Shown: piece by piece, positions 45,304 through 60,503 of the stretch | Layout: the number at the start of each line of letters is the position of its first letter | Position numbering within the stretch: position 1 is the first letter of the stretch | NCBI RefSeq assembly: GCF_009914755.1 | Contig: NC_060948.1 | Length of the DNA stretch: 64,000 nucleotides | Source: the human T2T-CHM13v2.0 reference genome, Homo sapiens | Direction: 5' to 3' (one strand) | Position numbers and translations under genes: made by a program | The notes under the pieces: model-generated | Told to the model about the DNA's origin: nothing | The model's database searches: none | What the model saw: the letters and a program-made list of their open reading frames with translations, nothing else

Positions 45304-45601
45304 CACCAGGCAAGGTGGCTCATACCTGTAACTGCAGCACTTTGGGAGGCTAAGGCAGGAGGAGGGCTTGAGGCCATGAATGCAAGACCAGTCTGGACAA
45401 CATACTAAGACCCCATTTCTACAAAAACAATTAGCCAGGCATGGTGACATGCACCTGTACTGCCAGCTAATTAGCAGGCTGAGGTAGGAGAATCACTTTA
45501 GTCCTGGTGTTTGAGGCTGCAGTGAGCTATAATCATGGCACAGCACTCCATCCTGAATGACAGAGTGGGACTCTGACTCCACACACACACACACACACAC
45601 A

Positions 45602-45637
<36 letters not shown>
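45304..45637 (+). mobile_element. AluJ with (CA)n tail
   Basis: 'ggcttgaggcca...caacatactaagacccc', 'tttgaggctgcagtgagctataatc'; tail is CA repeat at 45580-45637. Confidence 0.85.
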
Positions 45638-45640
<3 letters not shown>

Positions 45641-48600
45641 TTGTTTCTTTCTTCATATAATGCAAGGCAAAACAGGAATGGGAAAAATATAGCTTTGAGA
45701 AATTATCTATAAATGGAAGTAATTCAGCAGAAGTAGAAACCTAGGGCTTTGATGACTATGAGAACCTAGGTTTTCTAGGAATTCATGGAACTCCTGGAAA
45801 TAGTTTGACACTTTCATAAGACCTGAAAAGGGATTCAAGTTCATTCTAACTAGATTTTACTGGTCAATGAATCCTTAGTTAATATTTGGGATACAATAAG
45901 TTAGGGTACAGAAATATTTTAGCAAGGAGAATCTTTTAAACCATTCATAGAACAGAGAAATTAGAAATAAAACATTATGATTTTATCAGTAAAATTATAA
46001 CTTACATGGTAAGGCGTATTACACAATAATGTTAAAAGTCTGAGATATGGGTTGTTTATATTAATTCTGTGAATATTAAAGGGGAAATTTGAAATATGTA
46101 TTCAGTATTAACTTTAAGAAAAATGAAGAAAGAAAGGGCCACAAAATACCACTTACTTCAAAGCAGTCATCCACGGGCACGAGTGAGGTGCAAAAACAGC
46201 TGGGGTTGCTCCAAGTCAGGAATATATTTCTGGAAAATGATATCCACCAGGGCTAGGAGTATAAATTTCTAAGGAGACTCTAATGCCTCGTTGAGAGATA
46301 TTGACATATTCTCTGATAGGTCGACTGTCCTGTGATACTAGTGGATAGAATACTCCTACAGGCCTACCAATGGACATAGTTTCAGATTATCGATTGTAAT
46401 TCGAGTGATGGCTAACACACCATGACTCTTGTATAAGTACAACCTATATATCTATTAGCAAAGAAGGTCTCTTTCCACTTGCAGAAGTCCCCTTGCACTG
46501 GGGATAAATAAGTAGATAGAAACCACATAAACTGGAACTCTTCCCTCACAAGATAACTTCCAGATTTCTAATATTTTGAAATGTGTTTAGCCTAATTTTC
46601 CTCAATTTTAAGTGGTAAAACTGCATGAGGATAGAAACTTTAATTTTTTTGATAGCCCTTCTCAAGAAGTGACCAGTTATACACATGCATATCTCTCATA
46701 ACAAAGATTCTGAATTCGTTTTTGATGTTTGACCATGAAAGCTTCAAAGCTCAACCACTCCATTGTCCTCTTTTTCTCAAAGCTGAGAAAATTAATGAAA
46801 CAACATGTACATTCTCTAGTTCACTTTTTTGGTGCCAGAGAGAAGTGCGAATCACTCAAACTCTAAAAACCCTCACTCCAGCCAGCCCCACTTCCAAATC
46901 ATAATAAAAAATAAAGCCACTGGCCCCATCCCTTCACTCAAATCATTTGAACCAACTTTTGTGTCTTCCTTACTCTTCATAGGAAGCCTCTTTATGTTAA
47001 TGATATGCCTTTTCCTATATCCTCTTGGTGTCTCAATACTTAAACTAAGTTTATTTGGGGAAAAGTTGATCTAATATTTAATGGCAAACCACAAGACATT
47101 TATATAACGGAAAGAGAACTCTCACAGAGTATGTACACTTGCTATCTGTGAGACACAAATATTTTCTACTCTACTGTATTCTTAATTATTTCTTTAAAAA
47201 TGCTTTGGTCCACTTAATTTATTTAAAAATTCTCTAATGGGTTGTGATCCTCTAATGGTACTTTAAAGAAAGTGGTATTTTGTGGTCCTCTCTTCCTCTT
47301 CTTTAAGGTTGATACTAAAGGCCTATTTCAAATTTCCTCTTTAATATCCACAGTGTTAACATAAACTTCTAAAAAATTTTTTCAGTTTCTAAAACTGACT
47401 TATCTCAGGTCATGTAAGTGGAATTATAAAAAAGCTTAGACTAAAACCCAATCTTCTCACTCCCTGCCCAACTGTCTTTTCAGTTATACCATGAGTGTTT
47501 TTTGTAGCAGTAAAAAAAATCTCCTTTGCAAAAAAGCAAGCCATCTGTTAATATGATATAATGTCTACAGGAAAAGAACATCATTCTGATGCTCATATTC
47601 AGACTTCCAGTGCTACATTAATATTCTTTTCATGTTTGGGTATAAGTGAGTCTTTAGTAGCTTAAATATATTACAGTCAAATTTACTAGGACATTATGGG
47701 TTTGAAAAGGCACCAGCTAGCTGATTTTCAACTCACCATTTTTAACAATAGACACTTTGTATGCAGTAGAATAAAATGTTGACACGAGTTTGAAAACTGG
47801 TTCTCCTTTATTAAATGAATATACATGCTATTTTAGAATTGTTAAGCTGCTCATCAAAGATGAACTGCTGACATTTAAAATATCAAAGTATAACTAATAT
47901 CGAAGCAAGTTCTACATGCAAAGTCAGCATCAAGAATTATATGTGTTGAGAAAAGTTATAAAATAATACTTTATAGGTGGATTTGTGTGCCTAAGTTTAA
48001 TATATACTAATGTATGTAAACAACAGTGAACACAAAAAATTAGATCACTATAACTTTTAAAAGACCTTTGCTACTATTATCTGAATACTTCAGGAAATAA
48101 TTTTTTCCCTTAAGAAACTGTTTGAACTCAATACATGAATTAAATCCAATTCATATGAAGATATGACATCTTTAATTAACTTAAATGAATTCAAATTTAA
48201 AAATATGATCTGATTCTTATCCCAGTCATTTCATTTTCTTTGTGCATGCTTCAGACCTAGATAATGAAATACTTTGCTCCATCAGAAGAAATCAACATAT
48301 GCACACAAAGACATACATAGAAATGTGCATTCAAAATTAGACGGTGTGCTGGTCAGTTTTGAGAACTCAGTGAGGTATGGAGTTTACATTTAACTCAATT
48401 CCCTTTTGAGACTTAGGTCAGTATGAATAGGCATAGCCTGCTTTATGATGTTTTCTATTGATAAAGCCCCCTTGTGAATTCAGATCTCCTAGACTCTGAT
48501 CTCATTTACTGTTCACGGAACTCCTAAGTTTTGAAAAAGAATTAATTAAATCTTATCTCTATCCCCCACTAAATTCTTGGAAGCTCAATTTACTTGCCTG

Positions 48601-50139
48601 GGGAATAGAAATAGTAATGTATAAGAGACAGAGCTGTAAACATTAAATCAAATGTAATTTTATAGGCCTGGTATTCTATGAGTGTTAATTGCATTACATT
48701 TACTATGATTGTTATCACGACCAAGTTTGGAAAATGTCTGACGGTTTTTGGTAAGCTATATTCCCTGAAAAAAAATGTTTACATCAAGTCTTTATTTAGC
48801 CCTCTCATGTCCTTCATGCCAACTATACAAGATAGCAAAAAACAAGGTAAATTATCAGGGTGTCTGCCACCTGAGAGGATGTGTATTGTGGGCATGGATG
48901 ATTTTAGTCAGAAATCAACAATGTTAATCGAGCTTAGGAAATAATCATTCTATAGAGTAAAACCTATTCATTAGGTGAGGTGGGAAGGTACCTTGTATAT
49001 TTTTCAGGAAGAGTTAAGCTCATGATTCTGGAACCAAATATTTCTCCTTTTATTCCACAAGAAGTTTTGTGTGTTTGCTGATCTATTGTTAATTTTTCCT
49101 CTTCTTTTATCTTGGGCTTTAATTGGATCTTAACTGGACTTTGGCAGTCAATAAATAAAGAAGAGTACAGCAGTTTATCAGTTTGGGTATCCTATGCTTG
49201 GTATTCTTCCTGGAATGTAGAAGTTACTGCTCTCCATTAGACAAAGGAATAAGTCAATACTCAGGTTGAAAAGAAAGCTCAGTATTTGACTTTATAAACA
49301 AAGTTCTTTTTTAACACAGAAAGAGAAATTCTAATAGAAATCGTCTGAATGATTAGTCTTAATCATTGGAAAACACACAAAGCAATATTGCCTTGCCAAC
49401 TGCTAAAGTACTTAGTACCTAATGTTTTCATTTATTTTAGGAGAAAATTATTCTAAAACAAAAATAAAGGCTGATAATATTTTTGCACTAACATTTTAAC
49501 CATTTTATAATTCTGCAAATAATTATGAATTATATTTCTTTTAATACATTTTCATCAACCACTATTTTTAACCTACTAGAAAGTTTTAAAAGAAAAATGA
49601 ATTTCCAAGCATTAATGTGTTTAGCTAGAGGCATAATTTTCTGTAACTTGTTGACAAGATAATTGCATCAGTTGTTGAATCTTTCTGCTTCTGTTATCTG
49701 AATGTTTCAATGTATTCATTTAGGTATTCCAAAGATAAAATATTTTTAAATAACTTTGATTTTATCAGAAAACAGTGATAAATTTAAATTCTATGGCTCT
49801 TTTAAACTATTAGAAACTACTTATATATTAATAAAAAAGTCAAAAGATGTATGTTCTTGAGTTGCTTCAAAAATAAGACACTAAACTTAAAAAAGAATTT
49901 TACTTTACAGTATATTCTAAAGAACCTCTATTGCTTCTACCAAACAAACTAACTACATTTGAATCTACCGTATTAATTTACCAATAATAATACCACTTTT
50001 TCAGTATTTTCACTTTTATCTTGATAATTTCAAGAATCTTTATTTTGATTACTACATTAAATATGATATAGTAGTTAGTAAATAATAACAATTAAGTAAT
50101 TATTAAACAATAGGCCTTTATTATTACTATTAATGGGAA

Positions 50140-50605
50140 TAGAAAAAATCTCAAATTATCAAAAATTAGTTTCATCTCCCTTTATCAAAAGATGGAATCT
50201 AGTTTTAAAGTCTGTGTACCTGGACTGGCTTTTTGACTTGCTTTGACCAACCGAATCAAACAGAATTGATGTGGTGCATTTTCTAAACTTAGGCCTCAGG
50301 AGGCCTAATAGCTCCATTCTCTCCTAGAAATGCTGTCACCATTTGACTAAGACCACGTTAGTCTGTTGGGAGATGAGAGATCATGTAGTGAGAGCGGACT
50401 GGTAATCCCAGGCTTTCCATCTATGCAAACTGTGGCCTTAGACTGAACACTGACCCCAGCCAACACCTCACAGAGTAGAGATGAACCATCCTGGCTGAGA
50501 CTAGCTCAAATTGCTTGCCCACAGAGTTGCAAGCAAATGAATGATTATTGTTTTAAGCCATTAATTTTTGAGGTGGTTTTCTATACAGCAATAGTTATCT
50601 AATAT
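50140..50605 (+). mobile_element. MLT1G/H-like MaLR LTR
   Basis: 'gacttgctttgaccaa...aggcctcaggaggcct...ttgttttaagccattaatttttgaggtggttttctatacagcaatag'. Confidence 0.7.
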
Positions 50606-50689
50606 AGGGATAATAGAAATATATATTACACTAGTGGGGATGAATTTAAATATAGATCCTTTTAAAGGAATTTTTACATTATACAGATA

Positions 50690-51092
50690 CACTAGTCATG
50701 AGTTTGAGTCTTGGTTCTTCACTCACTACCTGTGTGACCTTGCGCTAATGACAGAACCTCTAAGTCAGGGGTGTCCAGTTTTTTGGCTTCCCTGGGCCAA
50801 ACTGAAAGAAGAATTGTCTTGGGCCACACATAAAATACACTAACACTAATGATAGCTTACGAGCTAAAAAAAGTATTTTAAGAAAGTTTACGAATTTGTG
50901 TTGGGCCACATTCAAAGCTGCCCTGAGCTGCATGCAGCCAGCAGGCCCTGGGTGAGACAAGCTTGCTCTGTCTTTCTTCATTTGAAATATGGGGTTCAAA
51001 ATCATTTTTAAGGTAGTTTTGAAGGTTAAATGGACTAATCGATTTAAAGTATGTAACAAACTGCCTGATACCTAAAAAATGCTGAATAAACA
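50690..51092 (+). mobile_element. MIR interrupted by MER30
   Basis: 'tttgagtcttggttcttcactcactacctgtgtgaccttg' resumes after MER30 as 'tttcttcatttgaaatatgggg...tgcctgataccta...aataaa'. Confidence 0.65.
50766..50965 (+). mobile_element. MER30(B) hAT-Charlie MITE
   Basis: 'caggggtgtcca...ttggcttccctgggcca...gaagaattgtcttgggccacacataaaatacactaacactaa' to 'gacaagcttg'. Confidence 0.9.
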
Positions 51093-51943
51093 TGAAGTTA
51101 TAAACATCTGCATTACCTATAAAATTTCACAGAATGTTAAAAAAAGTGTTTTGTAATGACTGTGTGTAATGAAATGAATGATTTTGTAATGCAATTCGTC
51201 ATCTAAAACATTCCTCTGCATAGAAAAATAACAAATTGAGCCTCAATATCATTATAAAATAATTAGAAGATTTTCATTTGTATCGAGTTAATGACCATGA
51301 GTCAATCAGACATATATTTCAGTGTTTTAAATATCATTATTTTAACTTTAGTAGATAAATTATTCTGCATTCACATTTCTGGAAAGCACATGTGGCTTGC
51401 TGTTTATCGTGACTCTCTTGATTTTAGCTAATTTAATCAGCAATTTAAAATGATGCATATTAGTAGTCCATTTGCATTCAAAAAATTCTCTTCATTTTAT
51501 ATTATACAAAATTAATGGGGACAAATTACTTACTCATGTGAAGTAAGAACTACTTACTACTTCATATTAGAACTACTACTGTACAACCAAACCCCTTCAA
51601 AGAGAAAGAGCCTGTAAGAGTTTGTAAGAGCAAATAAAGATATATAAAAATTATATTCTATTTTTTCTTAAAAAAATAAGTGTGTAAATAATTATATATT
51701 TTGCCTACTCAGTTGTTCCAATTAAGCCTTTCAAACAGAACTTCTTCAACTAGGTTCTATAGATGAGTTTCAAGAAGTCCTAGCCGATGAAAATTATATG
51801 CAACAATTTGTATATAGGTGCAAAATTACATGTATTTGATGGGGATAGAGGAAGAAGACAAAACTTTATCAGATTTCCAGAGGGAGCCATGACTCAATAA
51901 AGTTTAAGGGATTGAGGACTAAGAATTTTAAAACTGGTAGACA

Positions 51944-52258
<315 letters not shown>

Positions 52259-52379
52259 AAAACTGGTAGACAAGAGATGCGAAAGAAGACTGTTGAAATA
52301 ATCCAAATAGTAAGTAATAAGGCTGATAATATGTCAGTGGTAGTTGGATGAAAAGGTTAGATTTGAGAAATATTTCTGA

Positions 52380-52800
52380 AGTAGCTGCTTTATCTCAAGT
52401 ACCCTAGGAAACAGTGTCTGAGATAGAAATTTGCATTCAAAAGATTGTTGAGGAGAGCTCTTGGAACCAACCCTGTAAGGCCCTGAAGGAAGCAGGACTG
52501 GGTAGAAGGCGAAATAAAACTGCAATGCTTTTATAACAGAGGCCTCAGCGCATCTTAAAAGCAGCTCTGAGCTTGGTGTGGCCCCTCAGAAATGTGTGGC
52601 ACTGAGGCAATAGAGCGAGGCCTTTTCATTCCTGCATTGACCTGTGAGAAGATGCAAACTACCTCTAAGGAAGGGACATGACTTTGGTGAGGTATCTTCT
52701 TTTAGCAGAGGGCAATTCCCAGAGAGGGACACAGAGAAAGCCCAGCAGCTGAAAGCCTGAGTGTCATGGTCTTGAAGGGAAATCTAAGTTGCTCATCACA
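52380..52800 (-). mobile_element. LTR16A-like ERVL LTR
   Basis: 'ccctaggaaacagtgtctgagatagaaatttgcat...gaagcaggactggg...acagaggcctcagc...gagggcaattcccagagagggac'. Confidence 0.75.
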
Positions 52801-52829
52801 TGTCCATTAGGAAATACGTTACTAATATT

Positions 52830-53721
<892 letters not shown>

Positions 53722-55248
53722 GGCTCTTGCTGTTTCTAAGGTCGTGAAGCCAAGTGTAGTTGCTACAACTTCCACAGCTATGAATCAAACATCACCAGGC
53801 ATGACATTAATTGGTAATTGTATAGAATATCTTCTAGAAAATAGAAGAGGAGGGAACATTTTCTCGCTGACTTTATGAGGCCATTATTACCCCGCTACCA
53901 AAATCAAACAAAGAAAGTATAAAGAAGAAGAAAACTACAGACCAATATCTGTTATAAATATAAACGCAAAATCTTCAATAAAAATTTACCAAATTGAACA
54001 CAGTAATTTACAAAATATTTATACACTGTAACCAAAAGGAATTTATTCTAAGTGTCAAGACTGTTTCAAAATATGAAAAGCTGTCCACGTAATAAATAGG
54101 TTATGAAAGAATATTATATTATTATATCAGTTGACGCACAAAAAGCATTTGACAACACCTAATACCCACTTATGATAAGAATTCTTAGAAAACTAGGAAT
54201 ACCAAGGGAACTTCTTCAACTTGATAAAGAGTATCTAAAAAACATCTACAGGTTACATGATATTTAATGGTGAAAAATCTAGTGCTTTTTCCCCCTAAGA
54301 TCAGGAAGAACATGACGTCCACTTTTGCCACTCTTGTTCAACATACTACTGGAATTTTTAACCACTGCAATAAAACAAGAAGTAAGAAGTAAAAGACATC
54401 CATATTGGAAAGGAAGACAAAACTCTTCATGGCGATGACATGATCTTGTATATAGAAAATCCTGAGAAATTCAGCAAAATCTATTAGAGCTAATATACCG
54501 TCCCTATTTGAAGATGGTATGATCATCTACATAGAAAGTGTTAATAATTTTTTTTTTAAAAACTCTTTCCAGTTTTCATCAGGTTGCAGGACACAAGATC
54601 AAAACACAAAATGAATGGCATTCTTACAGGCTAGCAAGGAACTTTCCTACATTATTGCTTTACAAAAAAAGACTCTTGAAGGGATGACAATACAAACTAC
54701 AAATTGAGACACAATATTTGCAATCCACGTATCTATCAAAGATTTGTATCTGGAATTTGTAAGAAAAAAGCCCCTTATCAAAACCTTCATAAGCCAACAG
54801 TGAAAAAACAATCAAATAGAAAATTGACAAAATACATACAGACATTTTACTAAAGAGAATAATCAGATGGCAGATAAGTACATGAAAATATATTCAGCAT
54901 AATTTCCCATTAGGAAAATGTAAATTAGAACCACAATGAGATATCTCTACAGACCTATCATAAAGGTTAAAATAGAAAATAATGACACCACCAAGTGCTA
55001 GCAAAGATGCAGAGAAACTGGACCATTCATATATGGCTGGCATAAATGTAGTATGGTACAGTCACTGGTAAGGAATATGGCAGTTTCTTTCAAACTAATT
55101 TTGCAAGTACTATGTTACTCAGTAATTGCACTCCAGAGCATTTACCCCAAAGAAATGAAGACTTATGTTCACACAAATACCTGTACATTAATGTTTATTT
55201 CTGCTTTATTCATTATAACCCAACACTAAAATCAATCTAGATGTCTTT

Positions 55249-55882
55249 CTTCTTTTCTTTCTCTTCTTTTTTTGTTTAACTTTTATTTTAAGTTCTGGTT
55301 ACAGGTGCAGGTTTGTTACATAGGTAAACATGTGTCATGGGGGTTTGTTGTACAGATTATTTCATCACCCAGGTATTAAGCCTAGTACCCATTACTTATT
55401 TTTTCTGAACCTCCTCTCCTCCCACCCTCCACCATCTAATAGACTCCAGTGTGTGTTGTTCTCCTCTATGTTTCCATGTGTTCTCATAATTTAGCTCCAA
55501 TTTATAAACAAAAACATGTATTTGGGTTTCTGTTTCTGTGTTGGTTTGCTAAAGTTAATGGCCTTTAGCTCCATCCATATCCCTGCAAATGACATGATCT
55601 TGTTTTTTTATATGGCTGCATAATATTCCATGGTGTATATGTACAACATTTTCTTTACCCACTGTATCATTGATGGGCATTTAGGTTGATTCCATGTCTT
55701 TGCTATTATAAAAATGCTGTAATAGACATATGTGTGCATCTGTTTTTATAATAGAATGTTTTATATTCATTTGGGTATATACCCAGTAATGGGATTGCTG
55801 GGTCAAACGGAATTTCTGTCTTTAGGTCTTTGAGGAATCGCCACATTGTCTTCCATAATGGTTGAACTAATTTATACTCCCA
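55249..55882 (-). mobile_element. L1PA13-15-like 3' end with T-rich tail
   Basis: 'ttttattttaagttc...gtttgttacataggtaaac...gggtttgttgtacagattatttcatcacccaggtattaagcctagtaccc'. Confidence 0.85.
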
Positions 55883-56376
55883 GGGTTTGTTACACAGTAA
55901 ACATGTGTGCCATGGTGATTTGCTGCACAGATCATCCCATCACCTAGGTATTAAGCCCAGCATCCATTAGCTATTCTTCCTGATGCCCTCCCTCACCCAT
56001 GTCAACCCTCTGACAGGCCCCAATATGTGTTATTCCCCACCTTGTGTTCACTTGTTCTCATCATTCTGCTCCCACTTATAAGTGAGAACATGGGGTATTT
56101 GGTTTTCTGTTCTTGTGTTAGTTTGCTGGGGATAATGGCCTCTAGCTCCATCCATGTCCCTGCAAAGGAGATGATTTCATTCCATTTTATGGCTGCATAG
56201 TATTCCATGGTGTATTTGTACCATATTTTCCTTATCCAGTCTATCATTGATGGGCATTTAGGTTGATTCCATGTCTTTGCTATTGTGAATAGTGCTGCAA
56301 TGAACATACATGTGCATGTATCTTTATAATAGAATGATTTATATTCCTTTGGGTATGTACCCAGTAATGCGATTCC
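55883..56376 (-). mobile_element. L1PA10/11-like 3' fragment lacking its own tail
   Basis: 'gtgccatggtgatttgctgcacagatcatcccatcacctaggtattaagcccagcatccattagctattcttcctgatgc'; ORF 56002..56595 contains [25 protein letters not shown]. Confidence 0.85.
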
Positions 56377-56722
56377 ATCCTTGCCAGCTTTGAAGCAATA
56401 AAATATATTTCTTTCAATGGGTGAATGCTTAAACAAATTGTAGTACATGCATACTGTGGAATTCTCCTCAGCAAAGAAAATGAACAAATTATTTATGCAC
56501 ACAATAACTTCGATGAATCTCTGGGGAATTACACTGAGTGGGGAAAAAAAAGGCAATCTTAAAAGGTCACATGCTCTATGGTTCCATTTATACAACTTTC
56601 TTGAAATATGATTATAGAAATGAAGAACAGATTAGTGGTTGTCAAAAGTCAGGGATGATAAGGGGTGAGGCAGACAAAAGGGAGGAGGGTTTGGCTATCA
56701 AGGATCAACAAGAGGAAGTCTT

Positions 56723-57528
<806 letters not shown>

Positions 57529-60392
57529 TCATAGTGAAAAGTTGGATTAAAAATAATAAATACTCTAACTTTCTAACCCATAATTTTCTAACCCATAATT
57601 TCCAAAATTTCCTTAGCTAAAAAAAAAACACCTGTTTTTCTGATATGGTCATCTAAATATTCCATATAACTAATTTCCTGTAGTTCATATTATCTTTTAA
57701 AAAGCTACACTTTATATTTTAGATAATAAAAATGGAATAAAGTCTAGAAAACAAAGACCATTTCCAAAATAACCATACATGATATGCAGACCTGCTAATG
57801 CCTAGGTTAATTTTTGAGTCACTATATAGACAACTGAGATTTTGTAGGACTTAGAGAAAGGCTGTGATTTTTAGAAATAGTGTGTAATACTGAAAGTGCT
57901 GTATCTAATATCACCAACAATTGAGTATAAATAGATAGCTGCATTACAGTTAATCTATCATAAATGTTTTATTTATCCTTATATGCATGTATCATGTTAC
58001 TTAGACTGTTTGAATATTTTTGTTATTCAGGGGGTTTTATTTATAATGACATTATGCATAGAACAGTGTGATTTGTATAATAATAAAGAAAGTTTGTAAA
58101 CATTTCCAATTGTACTTTAGAATTGTTACTTGATTCCTGTCCCAAGTAAGGACATTTGCAATGGTTAATAAAGAGAGAGGGAGAGGATTTTGGTAACAGC
58201 CTATAAGTTTCTGAGTCAAACACTGGAAATATATCTTACTTGCAAATAAAAATGTTAAAGTGAAAGTCTTCAAAAAGAGGGGGAAGAAACTACATTTCAC
58301 AATGTAAATTATTTAAATATCATAATAGGTAATATGGTAAATGATTGATTATCTTTCCCAGAGTGAGTGTCTTTCTCCTCTTCCATATCTATTTAAAGCC
58401 CCTCTTTCTTCAGGTTCCTTTTACGTACCATTACAAATTTAATCTCCGTCAGGAAAAATAAATTCAACCAACAGTGATAATCATTGTTAACCACATATAG
58501 TACCCTTATTGTTTTATCTACATAGTAAATATGCTTTTATATATTTATTACTTAGCAGTACAATATGGTATTATTAGCCATTATATTTACCTACTATTTT
58601 TTCTTCTAAGTAGTTTGGAAGAGGTCATTTAGGACAGGGATTACGTCAAACAAGTCCTCATCTTTGTAACTATATAGTACGTGAACTTTTCAAAGTGACA
58701 TGGTTATTAAGTAATCTAGCAAAGATTTGAACACAACTATTTTAATACTAAGTTCTGTACTCTTGACATTGTTTTATGTTCTCTTCTGCTGATATGACTG
58801 AACAAACTCATCTAAACATTGACAAACAGCGTTATAGGACTCATTAAATAAATTCTAGTAAATACAATAGGGTTCTAATTTATTTTTGAAAGGAATGAGG
58901 GAGACCTATATTTACTGACATAGAAAGACTTTCAAGATATTTGGGATCAATTTAAAAGCCAAGCATAGGGCAATGAGTCTAATATATGTAATATGCTGCA
59001 ATTTGTGTAAAATAAATGAAAAATCTATGTTCTAACATGTTTGTATACGCATAGGCTACCTCCAGATAAATATATAAGAAACCAACCAAGGAACTGATTT
59101 TATTTTTGTTGAATAACTTCTTTAAAGCTTGCATTATTTTTTTTTTACCACATGTATTAGAAGAAAAAGTCCTATGGCATGATGACAATGTTATTTTCTC
59201 CTAATGGTAAGAATTTCTTAGGCTAGGAATCACATTTGAGGTAAGAGAGCTTTTTAAAAATGTAAAAACTACTGGGTTGAGGAATATACTTCATCAAATA
59301 AAAACTTTTTGTAACATTTTTATGTATAATAATATGTGTATACTATTACTTGAAGGATAATTTAAATCGTAGAGTATAAGTTACAAAGTACTTCCCACCT
59401 GCGACTCATAAAAAAATCAAGTTGATTGTTCAACAGAGAGATTATCTCATATGTTTATGAATATGCCAGGACCCAGTGTCATCTGTTAGCTCAATTCCTG
59501 TGGAGCTATACATATTTATGAAATCACAAGTAGAAGTTATAAATGTGCAGCACTAAGATTTGCAAAGTAAAATGTGCTGCTGCTTATTGTCACTCATCAA
59601 ATTCATTATTTATTTACAATATTTATAATTGCTAAATAAAAGAGTACATCATTTAATTTATAAAATATAAAACTATGGGGAAAACTTGATTACTACACTA
59701 TTGTGAGCCTACTTGTAGTTATTAAGCAGAAAGCAGAAACTTATATTTCAAAAATCCTCTAAGGCAAGTTTTGAAATCCTTTTATGACTTCTTTCATGGT
59801 ATAACGGGTTGGTAATATATCTGTTTAGTTGTTCTGCTCCTTATCTGCTGGATTCGGTTGAATTTAACTTTCAGTGTCATTTAAAAATTACATTCTTTCC
59901 TCTTGGAGCAGGAGTGTTCGACTTTGTCTACACTGACTACAGTGATTAGTTTGATCAATGTAGATAGCCAGAGCAGCTAATTCATACTTCAAAGGTGTTG
60001 ATTTGTTCAGATTTGGGAAGACTGTCTAAATTTATCAAATTAGTCAGGTATTATTCAAATAATTGCTTTTCCTAAGACCTGCCCTTTCTGTATCTGACAA
60101 CATTTTTAGCTCTAATTAATGTACTATTTAAGTTGTTAAGATGCAATTATCTCCTAAAATATTTAATTATTGAGGTAGTGTGACTATGTCAGCTTATAAG
60201 TGTTCTATCTTGAATAGTAAATGTTACAGTTTCACAATATGTTTACATCAGTTTGATTAGTGCCAAATACTATGGAGAAAGTATTGCTTTAATATAGTCT
60301 CATATACCTGTATAAATACGCTGGGTCTGTGTGCAGTAAAAACGTCTATATTTTAATTGCTTGACAATAAGTTTATTATGTTTTTCCTTCAG

Positions 60393-60503
60393 CACCAGTT
60401 CCCCAAAGAAACATCTACACAAAATTCAGAGTAAGAATATTTCCAATGAAAACAAAAAGCCGACTGGGCACCTAATAACTATAAACCTGATGGTAAACAA
60501 AAG
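60393..60503 (+). other. Candidate spliced exon (111 nt, one open frame; alternative donor after 60430)
   Basis: Acceptor 'tttttccttcag', donors 'aga|gtaaga' and 'aag|gtagct'; non-repetitive sequence; no transcript evidence available. Confidence 0.25.

Noticed and set aside
56002-56595. Longest ORF (197 aa)
   Set aside because: Chance read-through from antisense old L1 sequence into an L1PA ORF2 tail fragment
57568-57601. 16-bp tandem duplication (TTTCTAACCCATAATT x2), superficially telomere-like
   Set aside because: Two copies only; a simple slippage duplication, not a TAACCC array or CRISPR-like structure
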